A DNA stretch of 64,000 nt from Octopus vulgaris (lineage: Eukaryota). Where the stretch lies: NCBI GenBank assembly GCA_951406725.2, contig OX597818.1, positions 109,740,001 to 109,804,000 on the forward strand. The letters run 5' to 3'. Shown in pieces: positions 57,414-64,000 of the stretch. A program made the translations under genes and the position numbers. Each line of letters starts with the position of its first letter. Position 1 is the first letter of the stretch. The notes beneath the pieces are model-generated. The model had not been told where the DNA came from and did no database searches. It saw nothing but the letters and a program-made list of their open reading frames with translations.

Positions 57414-57652
57414 TACAGTAATCCATCGACTATCGCGGGTGTTACGTTCCAAAAAAACCCGCGATAGGTGAAAATACGCGAAGTAGAAACAGTACTATAC
57501 TGTATTTTTTAAAATTATTTTTATAACTTGTATATAATTATTTTATAGTAAATGCAAAACAACACCACGGAGGAATCGACGTAAGTTTAAATAATAAACC
57601 GCGATAGGGGAACCGCGATAGGTGAACCGCGATATGGTGAGGGATTACTCTC
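57414..57652. mobile_element. Tigger-like (Tc1/mariner-pogo) MITE
   Basis: TA|cagtaatccatcg ... gtgagggattact TIRs and repeated subterminal accgcgatagg motifs. Confidence 0.75.
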
Positions 57653-58424
57653 TATGGATAACACACAAGGTGCAGGCGTGGTTGTGTGGCAAGAAGTTTG
57701 TTTTTCAACCACATAGTTGAACACTGGGGTCGGTGTAACCGACAAGCTCCACCCCTCCGCTAAAATTTCCGGCCTTTCTATAATAGAAAATGTTATTAAC
57801 CTAGAATGTAACTTCATATCTGTTACCATTTCATGAATGTGATGGCGAGAAACACAATCAGGGAAACACTTGTAATTTATTCTTTGTTTTTTAACAAAGC
57901 TAAGATTTATTTATTCACATTAGCGACGTTTCTTTTTACAGGAAAAGAAAAAGAAAACCTTAAAAAACCCCAAAAAACTAGAAACACATAGCCATGACCA
58001 CCTCACCAAAGAAACGAAGGAAAAGAAACTTGTAAAGGCGTTGCCGCAGAGAGTGGCCAGAGGCACTCGCTGCAGCAGCTACCCCCACTTCGTGCGGCTC
58101 ATTTCTCAGACTGGCCGCCGTTATCCCGATTTTCCAGAAGAAATTGGCAGCCCAATAACACTTGAGATCTCGATGGCGACCGGTACGAACTGATAGCGAC
58201 CGGTCAGGCTCCTGAAACGCTCGGCAACGATATGTTTTGACACTACAGGTAACCACTTTAACGGCTATATTCACAGTGACAGTGAGAGCAAAGTATCCTG
58301 GTCGTGAACACAACGCTGCCCCGATGACAAGATAAAAATTGTCCGAGCTCGAATTAACAGAGGCCAGTATACCGATCTAGTTATTTGCCACTGTACACAA
58401 AAGACCCCCCAAAAAACTTGCATT

Positions 58425-58940
58425 CTGACGGTTACGACAACGTGTTTCATTGATCCAATCATTGCAACCGCCTGCTCGTGAAATTAACCTGCAAATGGCT
58501 GAGTACTCCATAGATATGTGTACCCATAACATAGTTCTCAGGAAGATTCAGTGCAACGCAGAATGTGACCAGGCAGACCTTTTCTATTTCTTTACTACCC
58601 ACAAGGGGCTAAGCACAGAGAGGACAAACAAGGACAGACAAACGGATTAAGTCGATTATATCGACCCCAGTGCGTAACTGGTACTTATTTAATCGACTCC
58701 GAAAGGATGAAAGGCAAAGTCGACCTCGGCGGAATTTAAACTCAGAACGTAGCGGCAGGCGAAATACTGTGAAACATTTCGCCCGGCGTGCTAACGATTC
58801 TGCCAGCTCCTCACCGCCCTTTTGAAATACACGTAGTACTCTTTTTCGGGCCTATGGAAACAACGCGCTGCCGGGAATGGAACGCCCGACCTTCCGATCG
58901 TTGGCTGAATGTTTTAACTGCCAAGCCGCGCGCCCTCACT
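58425..58940 (-). mobile_element. Nested SINEs (one family inserted into another)
   Basis: The second-family body (58425-58580, resuming at 58817-58940) is interrupted by a well-conserved copy at 58583-58812. Confidence 0.75.
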
Positions 58941-59133
58941 GCTGCTGTACAAAATAGAAGATATTAAGCATCTTAGTATCCGTTGAAATCAATGAAAGAT
59001 CTTTATAAAATATTTATTACCTGCAAATAGTTTGAAAAAGATTTCAGTAGCAGTCGAATTTATCACGTCTGGAAGATAAAATATGACTCTGAGATCCCCT
59101 TTTATAAAGAGACATAAAATGTTGAACAATAAT

Positions 59134-60281
<1,148 letters not shown>

Positions 60282-60307
60282 ATGATTTCTAACTTTAATA
60301 AACTGGC

Positions 60308-60815
60308 ATTCCGTCGTTTACGACGATGCGTGTTGCAGTTGATCCACTCAACGGAACAGCTCGTAAAATTACTGCACAAGTGGCTGAGTACACCACAGAT
60401 ACGTGTACTCTTAACGTTGTTCTCAGGGAGATTTAACGCGACACAGAATGCAATAAGGCTGGTCCTTTTTCAAAGGAGGTACTACACATGTTTGCTAGGT
60501 GAGTAGAGTGGAGAAACGTGAAATAAGATGTCCTGATCAAGGACATAGCGCGACGCCAGGAATACCCGAACCACTAAACCATGCGTCTTCACTCTAACAT
60601 CGGCTTCAAATTCTGGAACAAGGTCAGCAATTTCGGAGTAGGAGGTAAGTCGATTACATCGACCCCATTGTTCAACTGGTACTTAATTTATCGACCCTGA
60701 AGAGGATGAACGGCAAATTCAACCTCAGTGGAATTTGAACTCAGAACGTAACGGCAACGAAATGCTGCTAAATATTCCGCCCGGCGTGCTAACGATTCTG
60801 CCAGCTCGCCGCATT
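60308..60815 (-). mobile_element. Two adjacent SINE copies
   Basis: Family motifs gttgatccactcaacggaacagc and gcccggcgtgctaacgattctgccagctcgccg. Confidence 0.8.
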
Positions 60816-60980
60816 GCTTCACCCTAACATTAATACTTATTAACATAAGCACACGGCCGCACAGTTTGGTGGGAGGCGGTGTTACTGATGGAATTGACAA
60901 CGGTCACTGTTTAGTTAATATCTTTTAACCAAACAGGAGGAGAAATAATAAAGCCAGTCAAGTACCGTGGGGTGGGGGTC

Positions 60981-61013
<33 letters not shown>

Positions 61014-61179
61014 ACTACTACTACTAATAATAATAATAATACATAAATACATGAAATAAACATTAATTTTAAAATGTTTCTATGTATAATTTTACTTGGC
61101 CAAAATAATGCTGGGTAAACATGAAAAGTGAGAGATTCTGTTTAGCATTTCTTTGAGTTTTTTCTGTCTCTTGGGAGCT

Positions 61180-61990
61180 AATTAATAAACTAGAGGAGGC
61201 AATTAAAAATGGTATCGCAATCAACGTGCTAGCGGCAATTTCTTCAATGCAAAACACAAAGGCTGCGTCGTTAGGGTTAGAGTTCTTGCGCTAAAACAAG
61301 AAGGAACGAAAGCTGTCCGATGAGCTCGGGTGGTGGCGGCGTGACTTGGCACGAAAACCACAAATCTTTGACAGACTAGGATGGGTGCGTATTACGCGGT
61401 TCTAAGCAAATGAGTGCGGACTTCCAGCAGCACTTTGCCCAACGTTTCAGAGAGCTCTGCCATTACGAGATAAACTCTACAGGCATGGAAGCGCTGTCCG
61501 ATTGGATTGCCCAAGATGCGCGCAGGGCGACGAAATCGTTCTGCGCGTCCTCGCACAGTGTCCGAATTTTGCTGACCTGTTGAGTTTTGTGGAACGGCTG
61601 TTATCGCGTGTAGGACGATTCCGACTCTCGACTGAATCAATCATACGGATCGCCCCTACCACCCACCTTTAACAAGGCAGGGCAGCTGGGTTTCCTCTGC
61701 CAAGAGGCTATGGCTAGGGGCAGTATGATAGAGGATGCTGAAAGGATTGAGAGAAAGACACTTTCCTCTTCGGTCAAGCTCTCATCGCCTTTTTTGAAGT
61801 TCCAGTTGGCAAGGAAAGCGAGAATGGAGAGGGAAGTGCTACCACCCAGGGAATTTATGAAAAGACGGGTGACTGTGGCAAAAATGGTTAGAATTAATGG
61901 CCCTGCTTTAAGTATGTACCTGCAGATTGGAGAACACGAGAGAGGTCTCGTACCTTTGGTGGCCAGGGTAATCCTGGATCTGTGGTGTTT
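61180..61990 (+). mobile_element. L1/Tx1-clade LINE 3' fragment (zinc-knuckle region)
   Basis: RALPLRDKLYRHGSAVRLDCPRCAQGDEIVLRVLAQCP is a decayed zf-RVT-type CxxC...H...C motif. It is followed by FLKFQLARKARMEREVLPPREFMKRRV. Confidence 0.75.
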
Positions 61991-62079
61991 GAGAACCCAC
62001 ATCTGAAAGACTATTAATAAATCTTTTAAAACATTTAGACATTACGTTCTTTATTTAACTTCAATATTTGCTGTCGATA

Positions 62080-62295
62080 AGACGGTGAGCTGGCGGAACT
62101 GTTAGCATGCCGGACCAAATGCTAGCGGGATTTCATCCGTCTTTACGTTCTGTGTTTAAATTCCGCCTTTGTCGACTTTGCCTTTCATCCTTCCGGAGTT
62201 GATAAAATAAGTACCATTTGAGCTCTAGGGGTGGGAGGGTAGATTTACCCACTTCCCCGAAATTTCTGGCCTTGTGCCAAATTTTAAAACCAACA
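62080..62295 (+). mobile_element. SINE
   Basis: agacggtgagctggcggaactgttagcatgccgg...gtcgactttgcctttcatcc. Confidence 0.8.
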
Positions 62296-63065
62296 TTTGA
62301 TGCCAGGCCATTTAAACAAAATGGACGCTCACAGTTCACACCATAGCTTTGATTCCTGTTTAGGATCAATTCGCTTCACTTTGGCCGCTGATTCTTTCAT
62401 GAAATGTTACACAATTTTATTCTTCTTTCTAACAAATTTCTGACCTTTACACTATGTAAGACATTTATTTTTGAAACGACTAGAATTGAACTAAAAAGCT
62501 GTAATTAGTGGGTTTAAATGCTCTGATTCCATTCATTCAATTATTCAATAGCTCATTTAATTGCAACTGCGTTCGCACCATTCTTTAGCTAAGATTATAT
62601 CCGTATGAAACCTTGAGGCATGTTGTTTAATAATGACAATGCCTTAATTAAAATATAATCAACATAGCTTACAGCTCGATGTTCTGTGATTACCGAACAC
62701 TGTCTAGAGTCCGGAAGATGAAAAATGAACATTCGAATTACTGTTTGGTTCTACAAGAACATTATATCCCCAAGGTAGACGTCGGCAGGAACCTCTCCGT
62801 TTTCCTAATTACAACATATAAAACAACTTTCGCTGCCAGCTAGCATTAAATGAAACAACAAAAACGTTTTAGTGAAAAACTTAATTAAAGTAAAATAAAA
62901 AAAAATGCGTTATACTGTTTTCGTAAATAGTCTACGATAATACCTATTACATGATATTATATTTTTCCGGCAGGTTCCCATACTATTCCTTCATTTGCAA
63001 ATCAGCTAACTCCCTAACTGATATCAACATACATACACACATACGTATGTATGTGAGTATGTGTG

Positions 63066-63206
<141 letters not shown>

Positions 63207-63276
63207 GGAGTAAACACATAAATGTGAAACAAGGTGGAAAAAAAGAGTACTCAAATACCAGTGGTAGAGTAATATG

Positions 63277-63432
63277 CTTTATTTAAAGCAGCAGAAAATT
63301 CAACAAAACCTGTTACTCTGAGTTTCCCGTTGCCGTTCATCTGTAATTAGTGGGTTTAAAACTGTCCGATGAACGGCAACGGGAAACTCAGAGTAACAGG
63401 TTTTGTTGAATTTTCTGCTGCTTTAAATAAAG
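63277..63432. mobile_element. PLE-like terminal fragment as a perfect 65-bp inverted repeat, inside (TA)n
   Basis: 63277-63341 is the reverse complement of 63368-63432. Confidence 0.75.
63359..63393 (+). ncRNA. Hammerhead-like motif (U4>C variant), 5' part; full motif runs to about 63403
   Basis: aaactgt-CCGATGA-a-cg(gcaa)cg-g-GAAA-ctc(a)gag-TA-acaggttt. Confidence 0.55.
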
Positions 63433-63665
63433 TATATATATATATATACATATATATGTATGTATAAGTATATATATGTGTGTGTATGTATATATATACA
63501 TATATATGTATGTATATATGTATATACATACATACATATATATACATACGCACGCATATACATATATGCATATGTATACATATATAAATGTATATATATG
63601 TGTGTATGTGTATATATATATATATACACACACTCATAGACACATACACAGACACACACACGCAC

Positions 63666-63702
<37 letters not shown>

Positions 63703-63912
63703 CATACACATAGACAAACAGAAAGGGAGAGGGAGGGAGAGAAAGAGAGAGAGAAAAAGAGTGAGAAAGGGAGAGGGAGAGGGAGAGAGAGAGAGTAATG
63801 GTTGCCGCTATAGTGTTTATATGCTCATTCCATCAGCATTTCTATTAAATAATTAATATTAGTAAGTCGTATCTCCCATTTAAAAACCGTGTCGTATTTT
63901 TTAAAACATGTG

Positions 63913-64000
63913 AAGGCGTGTGGCCTAGTGGTTAAGCGCGTTGCACTCACGAACGAGACATTGTGGTTTCGATTCACAGACCAGCTGCGCATTGTGTTCT
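63913..64000 (+). mobile_element. tRNA-derived SINE head, truncated by the window edge
   Basis: aaggcgtgtggcctagtggttaagcgcgttgcactcacgaacgagacattgtggtttcgattc. Confidence 0.75.

Noticed and set aside
57978-58420. GC-richer segment, possibly a LINE ORF1 remnant or an exon
   Set aside because: Stops interrupt the plausible frames and no motif was recognised.
61637-62002. Minus-strand ORF preceded by an acceptor-like tctttcag
   Set aside because: It is antisense to the Tx1-like LINE remnant on the plus strand.

Overview
AT-rich, microsatellite-dense eukaryotic non-genic or intronic DNA. The SINE, LINE and microsatellite complement resembles an octopus genome; this is recognition from memory, not a database result. 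No intact host protein-coding gene is supported, and most ORFs in the track are microsatellite artefacts. The window is mainly tRNA-derived SINEs, decayed LINEs (R4/Dong, RTE, CR1/L2-like, L1/Tx1), Penelope-like element (PLE) fragments, mariner/Tc1, hAT, Tigger-like and Merlin-like MITEs, and a Helitron and a Helentron-like element. The main observation is a very homogeneous tandem array at 13701-16478 with about 5.6 copies of a ~492-bp unit, followed by an inverted partial copy at 16479-16811. The whole block sits between (TA)n tracts. Every unit encodes a type I hammerhead ribozyme on the minus strand, so the array looks like a non-LTR retrozyme that could release ~492-nt (circular) RNAs. 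About nine further hammerhead or hammerhead-like motifs occur in short PLE-like fragments, most of them next to microsatellites. Most of the window's inverted duplications contain such a motif.
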